Positions 1 through 9,532 of a DNA stretch of 55,297 bases are shown one piece after another; the stretch's first letter is position 1, and the number at the start of each line of letters is the position of its first letter. Under the pieces are notes generated by a model. That model was not told the DNA's origin. It saw only the letters and a program-made list of their open reading frames with translations, and searched no databases. Source of the DNA: Gammaproteobacteria bacterium (GTDB taxonomy: Bacteria > Pseudomonadota > Gammaproteobacteria > Steroidobacterales > PWYM01). Where the stretch lies: contig JAFIFN010000006.1 of NCBI GenBank assembly GCA_020832005.1, positions 1 through 55,297 on the forward strand, read 5' to 3'. Made by a program: the position numbers and the translations under genes.

Positions 1-70
1 GGGGGGGGGGTTTGGGCCCAAAAAACCCCCCCCCCACGGCCCAAATCCCCCAAAAAACCCCCCGCAGGAA
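1..70. other. Low-complexity homopolymer stretch, probable contig-end sequencing artefact
   Basis: Starts with G10, followed by runs of A and C, unlike the rest of the window. Confidence 0.6.
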
Positions 71-126
71 GTGCCCACCGGGGTCAAGTAAGCGCCACTG
101 GACCAAAACCGACATAGCGAGCGTGC

Positions 127-636
127 ATGCTGAGTTTTCGCAGGATCTTCGAAACGCTGGACTCCACGGGCTGCCGTTACGTGGTCGTCGGCGGGCTTGC
201 GGTCGTGCTGCATGGCCATACCCGCCTGACGACGGACACCGATCTGGTGCTGGATCTCGCGGCCGAACAGCTGCCGGAGCTGCTCGCGAGCTTGTCGCGG
301 CTGGGCTTTCAACCGCGCGTTCCGGTGGCCATGGAGGAGTTCGCCGACGCCGACAAGCGGCAGGCCTGGATTCGGGACAAGGGCATGCAGGTGTTCTCGG
401 TCTATCATCGTGAGGAGCCCCGGTGGGTGATCGACCTGTTTGCAGCGTCGCCGATCAGGTTTTCAGACCTGTTTGCGCGGGCAGTCGAGAAAAAGCTGGA
501 GGGTGTGAGCATCAGGGTCGCCTGCATCGATGACCTGGTCACGATGAAGCGCCTGGCGGGACGCGAGATTGATTTGTCAGACATTGAATATTTGCAGCAG
601 ATTCGGGACATGAGCGGTGAGTGGCGAACAGGATAA
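127..636 (+). CDS. Predicted nucleotidyltransferase (Pol-beta superfamily, DUF6036/AbiEii-like)
   Basis: 169 aa. N-terminal VVVGGLAVVLHG..RLTTDTDL (GG..hD.D motif), IDLF, and C-terminal LVTMK...R..D..DIEYL. Confidence 0.8.
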   Translation: MLSFRRIFETLDSTGCRYVVVGGLAVVLHGHTRLTTDTDLVLDLAAEQLPELLASLSRLGFQPRVPVAMEEFADADKRQAWIRDKGMQVFSVYHREEPRWVIDLFAASPIRFSDLFARAVEKKLEGVSIRVACIDDLVTMKRLAGREIDLSDIEYLQQIRDMSGEWRTG

Positions 637-835
637 GGATTTCTCGGCCGCGAGTTTCGAAGGTGCGGCGCGGGCGCAATTACGCGACACGCTGTTGCGC
701 TCGACACCCGAGGAGCGCGTGCGCTGGCTCTCCGAGATGCTCGATGTTGCTGAAGCATCAGGCGCACTGGCGCGCATCCGCGCCGCAGAGGACGCGTACT
801 GGCAACGCCTCTGGAATGCCACGCCGCGTCGCTGA
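617..835 (+). CDS. Small hypothetical protein, probable partner of the nucleotidyltransferase
   Basis: 72 aa with a GTG start overlapping the NTase 3' end. Helical, with a TPEERVRWL segment resembling small genes paired with such NTases. Confidence 0.55.
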   Translation: MSGEQDKDFSAASFEGAARAQLRDTLLRSTPEERVRWLSEMLDVAEASGALARIRAAEDAYWQRLWNATPRR

Positions 836-874
836 GCTTGACTGGCCCGGGTGCTTCCACCGCGCTTGCGCTGC

Positions 875-2194
875 CTATGTGAACAGCGATCCCCGCAGCG
901 CGCGCTGGCGGGCCGTCTCGCTGAGCTTGTCATCCGCGGGCGGCGCATCGTGCAGCAGGTCCGGTGTGACCAGCACGACGCCACGCTCGGTGACATGGAA
1001 GCGCTTGCGATCGGCTTCGAGGTCGTAGCCGATGATCGTGCCGTCGGGCACGTCGCAGTCGCTGTCGATGATGGCATTGCGGATCTTGCAGTTGCGCCCG
1101 ATGGTGACCTGCGGCAGGACCACCGTACGGTAGAGCTCCGTGCCTTCTTCAATGCGCACCGAAAATGACAGCAGGGACTCCTGCACGCGCGCACCGGAGA
1201 TGATGCAGCCGCCGCTTACCAGCGAGTTGATCGCAACACCGCGGCGACCCGCCTCGTCGAGCACGAACTTGGCTGCCGGTGCCTGCTCCTGGTAGGTCCA
1301 TACCGGCCAGCTGTCATCGTAGAGATTGAGCTCGGGCGTGACGTGGGTGAGCTCCATGTTGGCATCGTAGAACGCATCGACGGTGCCGACGTCACGCCAG
1401 TACGCCTGGGCGCTGGTGGCCACATCCTGGAAGGCGTAGGCGAATACGCGGCCCTCGTGAATGGTGCGCGGCAGGATGTTCTTGCCGAAGTCGTGCTGTG
1501 AGGCGGGATCTGCCGCATCGGCCTCCAGGCGCTGGGCCAGGTACTCCCGGTTGAACACGTAGATGCCCATCGAGGCCAGCGCGATGTCCTCGCTGCCGGG
1601 CATGGGCTCAGGATTCGCGGGCTTTTCGCTGAACGCGATCACGCGCTGGTCTTCATCGACGGTCATGACGCCATACTGCGTGGCCTCGGCCACAGGCACC
1701 TGCACGACGCCAACCGTGATGTCGGCATTGTTCTCGACGTGGAAGGCGATCATCGGGCCGTAGTCCATCTTGTAGACATGGTCGCCTGCCAGGACCAGCA
1801 CCATGTCCGGGTGGTAAGCCTCGATGATGTCGAGGTTCTGGAACACCGCATCGGCCGTGCCCATGTACCAGCGATCTCCATGTTGCTGCTGTGCCGGCAC
1901 CAGCTGCACGAACTCGCCGAGCTCTCCGCGCAGATACCCCCAGCCGCGCTGCACGTGCTGGATCAGCGTATGGGCCTTGTACTGCGTGAGCACGAGGATC
2001 TGGCGAATGCCGGAGTTGACACAGTTCGACAGCGTGAAATCGATGATGCGGTACTTGCCGCCGAAGGTGACGGCAGGCTTGGCGCGATGGCGGGTCAAGT
2101 GGCTGAGGCGCTCGCCGCGACCGCCGGCCATGATGACCGCCATGGTACTCTTGGTGAGTTGACTGACGAACCGCCCCGACTTGACCGGCTTCAT
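875..2194 (-). CDS. glgC: Glucose-1-phosphate adenylyltransferase (ADP-glucose pyrophosphorylase)
   Basis: AGGRGERL..LT..RAKPAV.FGGKYRIIDF, LAGDHVYKMDY, HDFGKNI, YWRDVGT. Start moved to ATG 2194, which has AAGGA upstream. Confidence 0.97.
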   Translation of the reverse strand: MKPVKSGRFVSQLTKSTMAVIMAGGRGERLSHLTRHRAKPAVTFGGKYRIIDFTLSNCVNSGIRQILVLTQYKAHTLIQHVQRGWGYLRGELGEFVQLVPAQQQHGDRWYMGTADAVFQNLDIIEAYHPDMVLVLAGDHVYKMDYGPMIAFHVENNADITVGVVQVPVAEATQYGVMTVDEDQRVIAFSEKPANPEPMPGSEDIALASMGIYVFNREYLAQRLEADAADPASQHDFGKNILPRTIHEGRVFAYAFQDVATSAQAYWRDVGTVDAFYDANMELTHVTPELNLYDDSWPVWTYQEQAPAAKFVLDEAGRRGVAINSLVSGGCIISGARVQESLLSFSVRIEEGTELYRTVVLPQVTIGRNCKIRNAIIDSDCDVPDGTIIGYDLEADRKRFHVTERGVVLVTPDLLHDAPPADDKLSETARQRALRGSLFT

Positions 2195-2356
2195 GGTTTC
2201 GCATCCTTGTCTGGGCACCTGCCATGCGCTGCAGCCTGGGATGGCGCGACGCGCAGCGGCGACTTTCTTGACTCACCAGAGCATACGCGAATTTCGCATT
2301 TTGTTGGCCAGCGATCTTAATTGTCCGGTGCGCCGAAGATGCGAGAATAGGGGTCA

Positions 2357-4546
2357 ATGGATGACATGAGTGTGACGGACAACCCCACTGCTGCTGACGT
2401 GCGCCGCCTGCTTACGGGTGCGCTGCATGATCCGTTCCGTCTGCTCGGCCGACATCCGCGGGCCGACGGCCGGGTGGTGGTGCGCGCATTTCTGCCTTCT
2501 GCGCGCAGCGCGCAGCTGGTGGAGGGGGAGCGTCAAGGACGGCAAGTCAATGCCGCCGGCCTGTTCGAATGGCTCGAAGCCGCCGACGCCGTACCCCGGC
2601 ACTACCGGCTGCGCTGGGCCGATGCCCACGGACACTGGCACGAACACTGGGATCCTTACTGTTTCGCACCGGTGCTCGATGAGGTCGAACTTGCGCGCTT
2701 CAATGCTGGTGAGCATGTACGCGCCTGGCAGCTGCTGGGCGCCCATCCGCTCAGCCACGAGGGCATCGATGGCGTGGCCTTCGCGGTGTGGGCGCCGGAG
2801 GCCGAGCGCGTCAGCGTGGTGGGGGATTTCAATCACTGGGACGGTCGCTGGCACCCGATGCGCGTGCGCGGCGCCAGTGGTGTCTGGGAACTGTTCGTGC
2901 CGGGGCTTGCAGCCGGCGTGTTCTACAAGTTCGAGATCCGCAACCGCCACAGCGGCGCGCTGCTGCTCAAGGCCGATCCTTACGCACGCAGCGCCGAGCT
3001 GCGACCACGCACGGCCTCGGTGGTGGCCGCGGCCAGTCAGCACGTGTGGGAGGATGACGAGTGGCAGGCCGGCCGCGCACACGCGCACTGGCTGCATGCG
3101 CCGATGTCCGTCTACGAACTCCACCCCGGCGCCTGGCGCCATGATGCGCAAGGCCGGCCGCTGGACTACCGGGCGCTGGCCGACGAACTCGTGCCCTATG
3201 TCGCCGGGCTTGGCTTCACGCACATCGAGCTGATGCCGATCACCGAGTATCCCTTTGATGACTCCTGGGGCTATCAGCCCACGGGCATGTTCGCGCCCAC
3301 GCGTCGCTACGGCGAGCCCGATGACCTGAAATATTTCATTGATCACTGTCATCGTCATGGCATCGGCGTGCTGCTCGACTGGGTGGCCGGACATTTTCCG
3401 CGTGATGCTTTTGGACTGGCCAGCTTCGATGGCAGCGCGCTGTACGAGTACGCCGACCCGCGCAAGGGTTCGCACCCCGACTGGGGCACGCTGGTGTTCA
3501 ATTATGATCGCCATGAAGTCGTGAGCTTCCTGCTCTCCAGTGCGCTGTACTGGCTGGAGGAGTTTCACTTCGACGGGCTGCGCGTGGATGCCGTGGCCTC
3601 GATGCTGTATCTCGACTACTCGCGAGAAGCTGGTGAGTGGGCGCCCAATGTGCACGGTGGCAATGAAAACCTCGAGGCCGTGCGCTTTCTGCGACGGCTC
3701 AACGAGCTGACCCATCGCGAGGTGCCCGGCAGCCTGAGTATCGCCGAGGAATCCACCGCCTGGCCGGGCGTGTCGCGCCCGGTGTGGGCCGGTGGCCTGG
3801 GCTTTTCGATGAAGTGGAACATGGGCTGGATGCACGACACGCTGAAGTACATGGCGATGGATCCGGTGCATCGCAGCCACCATCACGGACTGATCAACTT
3901 CGCAGCGCTATATGCCTTCTCCGAGAATTTCGTGCTGCCGCTTTCCCACGACGAGGTCGTGCATGGCAAGGGCTCGCTGCTGGGCAAGATGCCCGGTGAC
4001 GACTGGCAGCGCCTGGCGAACCTGCGCCTGCTCTATACGCTGCAGTGGACGTTTCCGGGCAAGAAACTGCTGTTCATGGGCAGTGAGTTCGCCCAGCCCA
4101 CGGAATGGGACCATCGCGCGCCACTGCCCTGGCAGCTGCTCGAGGCACCGGCGCATGCCGGCGTGCAGCGGCTGGTGGGTGACCTGAATCGCCTGTACCG
4201 GCAACTGCCGCCGCTGCATCGGCTGGATTTCGAGCCAGGGGGTTTCGCCTGGCTGTCGTTTGAGGATGCCGCCCACTCAACGCTGGCGTATCGTCGCTGT
4301 GCCGGTGATGACAGCGTCATCGTGATCCTGAACTTCACACCGGTGCCGCGCGAGGGTTATCGCGTGGGTGTGCCGGAGGCGGGTGACTGGGTCGAGTGTC
4401 TGAACTCCGATTCACGCTACTACGGTGGCAGTGACCTGGGCAATCCGCTGCCACTCACCGCGAAGGCCCATGCCTGTCAGGGCTGTGCGCACTCGCTGGT
4501 GCTGACATTGCCGCCACTGGCCGGTGTGGTCTTGCGTCGCGCATAG
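2357..4546 (+). CDS. glgB: 1,4-alpha-glucan branching enzyme
   Basis: [61 protein letters not shown]. Confidence 0.97.
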   Translation: MDDMSVTDNPTAADVRRLLTGALHDPFRLLGRHPRADGRVVVRAFLPSARSAQLVEGERQGRQVNAAGLFEWLEAADAVPRHYRLRWADAHGHWHEHWDPYCFAPVLDEVELARFNAGEHVRAWQLLGAHPLSHEGIDGVAFAVWAPEAERVSVVGDFNHWDGRWHPMRVRGASGVWELFVPGLAAGVFYKFEIRNRHSGALLLKADPYARSAELRPRTASVVAAASQHVWEDDEWQAGRAHAHWLHAPMSVYELHPGAWRHDAQGRPLDYRALADELVPYVAGLGFTHIELMPITEYPFDDSWGYQPTGMFAPTRRYGEPDDLKYFIDHCHRHGIGVLLDWVAGHFPRDAFGLASFDGSALYEYADPRKGSHPDWGTLVFNYDRHEVVSFLLSSALYWLEEFHFDGLRVDAVASMLYLDYSREAGEWAPNVHGGNENLEAVRFLRRLNELTHREVPGSLSIAEESTAWPGVSRPVWAGGLGFSMKWNMGWMHDTLKYMAMDPVHRSHHHGLINFAALYAFSENFVLPLSHDEVVHGKGSLLGKMPGDDWQRLANLRLLYTLQWTFPGKKLLFMGSEFAQPTEWDHRAPLPWQLLEAPAHAGVQRLVGDLNRLYRQLPPLHRLDFEPGGFAWLSFEDAAHSTLAYRRCAGDDSVIVILNFTPVPREGYRVGVPEAGDWVECLNSDSRYYGGSDLGNPLPLTAKAHACQGCAHSLVLTLPPLAGVVLRRA

Positions 4547-4580
4547 TCTGTCCGCGCGCAGCCGCGATGCGCGATACGCC

Positions 4581-6671
4581 TCAGGATGCCAGAACGACCA
4601 CGCTGCGATCGAGCAGGCGATAGCGTGGCGCGTCGAGTTCAGGCTGCTCACCGGGCGCCACGATGTCGTCGGGTGAGGGCAGGGCTGAGTCCAGGCAGCG
4701 GCGCCAGGCGCCGCGCGGCGGCTCGGGAAGCTCGAACTCGCAGGCCGTCTCATCTGCATTGAGCAATACCAGCAGCACATCTTCGTCAGGGCTGCGACCG
4801 GCCAGCATGAATCCCAGCGTGCGGGCTTGGGTGTCCTGCCAGTCAGGCGCGCCGCCAGTCTCGTCATACCAGGCGATGTCGGCCAGCCCGCCATGCCCAC
4901 TGCCCGGACGGCCGGTCAGGAAGCGATGGCGGCGCAGCGACGGGTGACGCTTGCGCAGCGCGATGAGTTCACGCACGAATCGATGCATGTCGCCGTGGCG
5001 TTCGAGCAGCGACCAGTCGACCCAACCCAGCGCGTTGTCCTGGCACCAGGTGTTGTTGTTGCCCTGCTGGCTGCGCAGCATCTCGTCGCCTGCCAGCAGC
5101 ATGGGCACACCCTGGCTGAGCATCAGCAGGGCCAGGTGATTGCGCACCTGGCGTCGGCGCAGGGCGAGGATGTCTGCGTCGTCGCTGGGCCCTTCATGGC
5201 CGCAGTTCCAGCTGTGGTTGTCGTTGGAACCGTCGCGATTGTCTTCGCCATTGGCTTCATTGTGCTTGTCGTCGTAGCTGACCAGGTCGTTGAGCGTGAA
5301 GCCGTCGTGACAGGTGACGAAGTTGATGCTGTTGACCGGCAGCCGTCCGTTGGCCTGGTAGAGATCACTGCTGCCGGTGAGTCGCTGCGCCAGTTCACCA
5401 CGCAGCCCGACCTCGCCGCGTACCCACCTGCGCACGGTGTCGCGGTAGCGTCCGTTCCACTCGGCCCAGCGAAACCCTGGAAAGTCACCGACCTGGTAGA
5501 GCCCGGCGGCATCCCAGGCCTCGCAGATCAGCCGCGTATTCGCCAGCGTCTCTGAGAACTCGATGTTCCACAGCAGCGGGGCGTGATACATCGGCTCGCC
5601 GTCCTCGCCGCGGCCCATGGCACTGGCCAGATCGAAACGGAAGCCATCGACATGCATCTCGCGCACCCAGTACTCCAGGCACTGCAGCAGCAGGCGTGAG
5701 ACGGCCGGGTGATTGCAGTTCAGCGTGTTGCCGCATCCCGAGTAGTCGCGATACTGACTTCGGTCCTCGGGGTCGAGGTGATAGTAGAACTCGTTGCCCA
5801 GGCCCTTGAAGCTGATCGTGGGGCCCTCGGCACCACCCTCGGCAGTATGATTGAACACGACATCGAGAATGACACCGATGCCGGCGCGGTGCAGCGCCTT
5901 GACCATGTCGCGAAACTCGCGGCGGACATCGGGTTCGGCCGCGTAGCCGGGGTGCAGGGCATAGAACGCACAGGGGCTGTAACCCCAGAAATTGCCCAGG
6001 CCGCGGCCGGCAACCCCTGGTGGGACGTCCTGGGTGTCGAACGCCATGACCGGCAGCAACTCGACATCGGTGATGCCTAAGTCCTGGAGATAGGGGATCT
6101 TCTCGATGACGCCCTGAAAGGTGCCCGGCTGACTGACACCCGCGGATGCGTGGCGGGTGAACCCGCCCACATGCAGCTCATAGATGACGCTGTCCTCGAG
6201 GCGGTGATTGATCGGGGTATCACCTTCCCAGTCGTAGCCGTCATCGCCAACGATGCCCGCGCGCATGCTGGTCGTGCCGGGCTTCGGACCCGTGGCGGCG
6301 GCGCGATCCCACAGGCGTGTGGAGATCATGCGTGCGCGAGGATCCAGCAGCTCGACCTCGGGGTCGAAGCGAAACCCGGTACTTGCGGTATCACCGGGGC
6401 CGTCCGCCTGCCATGTGTAGTACATGCCGGGCGTGGCCCCTTCGACGAAGACATGCCAGAAGAAGAACGTGCGGTTGTGCACCGGGTCGAGCTCGATGCG
6501 CAGCAGCGGTTCGCGCGTCTGCTCATCGCGATACAGTTGCAGTGACATGTGGGTCGCGCTGCGACTGTACACCGAGAAGTTGACGCCCTTCTCGCCTGCC
6601 GTCACACCCGGTGGAATACGCTGGCCATCGTGGATCTGGAAGCCATCAGGCAGGGGCGCATTCGGAGGCAT
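4581..6671 (-). CDS. glgX: Glycogen debranching enzyme / isoamylase (GH13)
   Basis: YELHVGGFT, NFWGYSP, DVVFNHTAEG, DGFRFDLAS, NFVTCHDGFTLNDLVSY, SQGVPML. Confidence 0.95.
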   Translation of the reverse strand: MPPNAPLPDGFQIHDGQRIPPGVTAGEKGVNFSVYSRSATHMSLQLYRDEQTREPLLRIELDPVHNRTFFFWHVFVEGATPGMYYTWQADGPGDTASTGFRFDPEVELLDPRARMISTRLWDRAAATGPKPGTTSMRAGIVGDDGYDWEGDTPINHRLEDSVIYELHVGGFTRHASAGVSQPGTFQGVIEKIPYLQDLGITDVELLPVMAFDTQDVPPGVAGRGLGNFWGYSPCAFYALHPGYAAEPDVRREFRDMVKALHRAGIGVILDVVFNHTAEGGAEGPTISFKGLGNEFYYHLDPEDRSQYRDYSGCGNTLNCNHPAVSRLLLQCLEYWVREMHVDGFRFDLASAMGRGEDGEPMYHAPLLWNIEFSETLANTRLICEAWDAAGLYQVGDFPGFRWAEWNGRYRDTVRRWVRGEVGLRGELAQRLTGSSDLYQANGRLPVNSINFVTCHDGFTLNDLVSYDDKHNEANGEDNRDGSNDNHSWNCGHEGPSDDADILALRRRQVRNHLALLMLSQGVPMLLAGDEMLRSQQGNNNTWCQDNALGWVDWSLLERHGDMHRFVRELIALRKRHPSLRRHRFLTGRPGSGHGGLADIAWYDETGGAPDWQDTQARTLGFMLAGRSPDEDVLLVLLNADETACEFELPEPPRGAWRRCLDSALPSPDDIVAPGEQPELDAPRYRLLDRSVVVLAS

Positions 6672-6677
6672 GATTGT

Positions 6678-9314
6678 TCAAGCCTGCTCGGTGCCCACCC
6701 AGTGCACCAGGCCCAGTTCATGTGGGTGCGCCAGATGTGGATGTGTAGGCCGCGCGCGTATCTCGAAACTCAGGTGGCCACACCACGGCGGCGCGGCACT
6801 GAGCCGGTAATGATGCTCGCCATCAGCCAGCGCTGCCTGCGGTTCCAGCGGGGCGATATGGTAGGCGTCATCCTGCAGGTACATCAGCCCTTCCGTGGGG
6901 CGGCCGTTTTCGGCATGGCCGCGCACCGGCACGGTGATCTCGGTGCCGATACCGCGGCCAATAACGCACTCGACGCAGACATCCTCGGCTGCCAGACCGT
7001 TGAGCGAGACTGCCACGTCCATCTCGAAGGTGCCGTCACTGCTCAACTGTGTGGGCACGGACTGCATCAGGCGCAGCCGCACGCCGGGCCAGGCATCACG
7101 CACGCGTGCTTTCCACTGCGCCAGCGCATGCGCGGCGGCATGCTCATCGGCGCGCATCAGCCTGCCATGCCTGGAGGCCGGCAGATAGAAGTGCCGCACG
7201 TAGTCGCTGAGGAAACGCTGGCTGTTGAAATGTGGCAGGCTGGTCGCCATCGAGCGCTTTCAGCGCTCGACCCACTCGGGTGAAAACCCAAGCTTGCGGT
7301 CACGCCGGTAGTACATCGGGATGACTTCGTCCTGCAGGATCTCGTAGAGGGTGGTGGCGTCGTGATGGTCGCGCTCGTAGTCGGAGCTTGCCTGCGTGGC
7401 CGGCGGGATCGCCCAGCCGTTGCTGCCGTCGTAGCCCTCCGCCCACCAGCCATCGAGCACGCTCAGGTTGACCGTGCCGTTGATGGCGGCCTTCATGCCG
7501 GAGGTGCCGCTGGCCTCCAGCGGATAGACCGGCGTGTTCAGCCACACGTCCACACCTGAGGTCAGGAGGCCGCCCAGCTCCATGTTGTAGCCCTCGACAA
7601 GCAGCACCTTGTCAAAGAACTCCGGCAGGTTGGCGATGCGGTGAACCTCCTGCATCAGGCGCTGGCCGGGCTCATCGGCGGGATGGGCTTTGCCGGCAAA
7701 CACGAAGATGACCGGCCGCTCGTCGTGGTCGACAATGGCGCGCAGCCAGTCCAGGTCGGTGAACAGGAGCGTGGCACGCTTGTAGGCGGCGAACCGTCGT
7801 GCAAAGCCGATGACCAGCGCATTGGGTGATTCAGGGTCGAGGTAACGCAGCATGCGCCGGATGTGCGCGCTGCTGAGTCGGTTGTGCAGGTGCTGGTACT
7901 CGAGTCGCTGGCGCAGGGCGCGCAGCGTCTCGCCCTTGATCTGCTGTTTGACATACCAGAAACGGCCGGGCGGGATCGCCATGATGGAGTCGGTGAGGTC
8001 ACGATCCATCAACTGGTAGGCCCAGGAGGGGCCGAGGTGCTCGGAGAGCAGGCCGGTCCACTCGCTGCGCAGAAAGGTCGGGACATGCACACCGTTGGTG
8101 ACGAAGCCGACCGGGTTTTCCTGCGGTGGGACCTGCGGCCAGGCCGAGGCAAGAATCTGTGACGACACACGGCCGTGCAGCCGGCTCACACCATTGATGC
8201 CGCGTGCAGCGGCCACGGCCAGGCGGGTCATATTGAAGCGCCGGTCCTCACCACCGTCATGGCCCAGCGCAATGAAGCGCTCGGGTGTAACCCCCAGGGC
8301 CGGGATGACCTGCGACAGGTAGTCGAGCACCATTGCCGGATCGAAGGCATCGTGGCCGGCGGAGACCGGCGTGTGCGTCGTAAAGACCGTGGCTGCAGCG
8401 ACGGCTTCGATGGCCGCGTCGAACGGCACAGCGGCACTGACGAGTTCACGCACGCGTTCGGCCAGCATGAAGGCGGCATGGCCTTCGTTGATGTGCCAGA
8501 CGCTCGGGGCCAGATTCAGGGCGCGCAAGGCCCGGACGCCACCGATGCCCAGGATGATCTCCTGGCGGATGCGCATGGTCTGATCGCCGCCATAGAGCAC
8601 GCGGGTGATCGTACGATCCTCCTCGGCATTGGCGTCGATATCGCCGTCGAGCAGAATGACCTGCACGCGGCCCACCTGTGCCTTCCAGACCTTGAGGTGC
8701 ACCTGTCGCTGCTGCAGCGGACAGTCGATGACAAGATCCTGGCCGTCGGGTCCGGTGACAGGAAACACCGGGATCTCGTGCGAGGCCACCGTGGTGTATT
8801 CGGCGACCTGGTTGCCTTGGGCATCGATACGCTGACGGAAATAACCCTGGCGATAGAGCAGACCCACCGCGACGAAAGGCAGCGCAAGATCGCTGGCCGT
8901 CTTGCAGTGGTCGCCCGCGAGGATGCCCAGGCCGCCAGAATAGATCGGCACGCTGTCATGAAAGCCGAACTCGGCACAGAAATAGGCGATCAGCTCATCA
9001 TCAGGCAGCCGGAACGGCGTGCGTCCATCGTGGCTGTTGTCGTGATAGGCGTCGAATTCGGCCAGTACGCTGCGGTAGGCCGACAGAAACGTCCGGTCCT
9101 CGGCCGCCGTATTCAGCACCGACTGGTCGACATAGCGCAGGAACAGCCGCGGGTTACGCCCCACGCGCCACCACAGTTCGCGGTCGAGCATCAGGAACAG
9201 GTGGGGGGGGGGGCGATGCCAGCTGAACCAGAGATTGTCTGCAAGATCGCCCAGGCGGCAGATGCTTTCGGGCAGATCGGGCACGATGTCGATGCTAAAG
9301 GTCTGGCCTGGCAT
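6678..9314 (-). pseudogene. glgP: Long alpha-glucan (glycogen) phosphorylase interrupted by one in-frame TGA at 7260-7262
   Basis: YSGGLGILAGD, HINEGH, FTTHTPV.AGHD, FARRFAAYKRA, EASGTSGMKAA. The ORFs 7260..9425 and 6678..7250 share a frame: WVER-TGA-KRSMATSLPHFNSQR. Start ATG 9314 follows AGGAG. Confidence 0.85.
9203..9213. repeat. G11/C11 homopolymer tract near the 5' end of glgP
   Basis: gtgggggggggggcg on the + strand; encodes R-P-P-P-H on the - strand. Confidence 0.8.
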
Positions 9315-9532
9315 GGAGTCTCCTGGCGCACCCCTCCGGGAAAGCCTCCCAGGGTGCTGTAGCCGGCTATTCTGGCCCCCCGCGTGTTGCGATGCAAAGG
9401 ACATGACGGAAATCCCCGATGGCATGGCCCTTGATCTGCGCTAGGGTGGAGCAAGCAGATTTCCTTGGCGATCGTGTCACGTCATCTTTTCACGCCAGTG
9501 ACATCGCAGCCTGGCACCCTGGGAGTATGGTC

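Noticed and set aside
12-413. 133-aa ORF starting in the homopolymer-rich window start
   Set aside because: It begins in probable artefactual sequence, overlaps the well-supported NTase in another frame, and has no recognisable motifs.
2354-3886. 510-aa antisense ORF, and similar ones at 8175-9362, 9542-10993 and 13344-14711
   Set aside because: These are shadow ORFs opposite glgB, glgP, xfp and the second phosphorylase.
6678-7250. 190-aa ORF as an independent gene
   Set aside because: It is the in-frame C-terminal part of glgP, starting with the conserved FNSQR helix.
9431-9444. Possible FNR/FixK box TTGAT-ctgc-GCTAG between glgP and xfp
   Set aside because: Only the left half-site matches TTGAT-N4-ATCAA.
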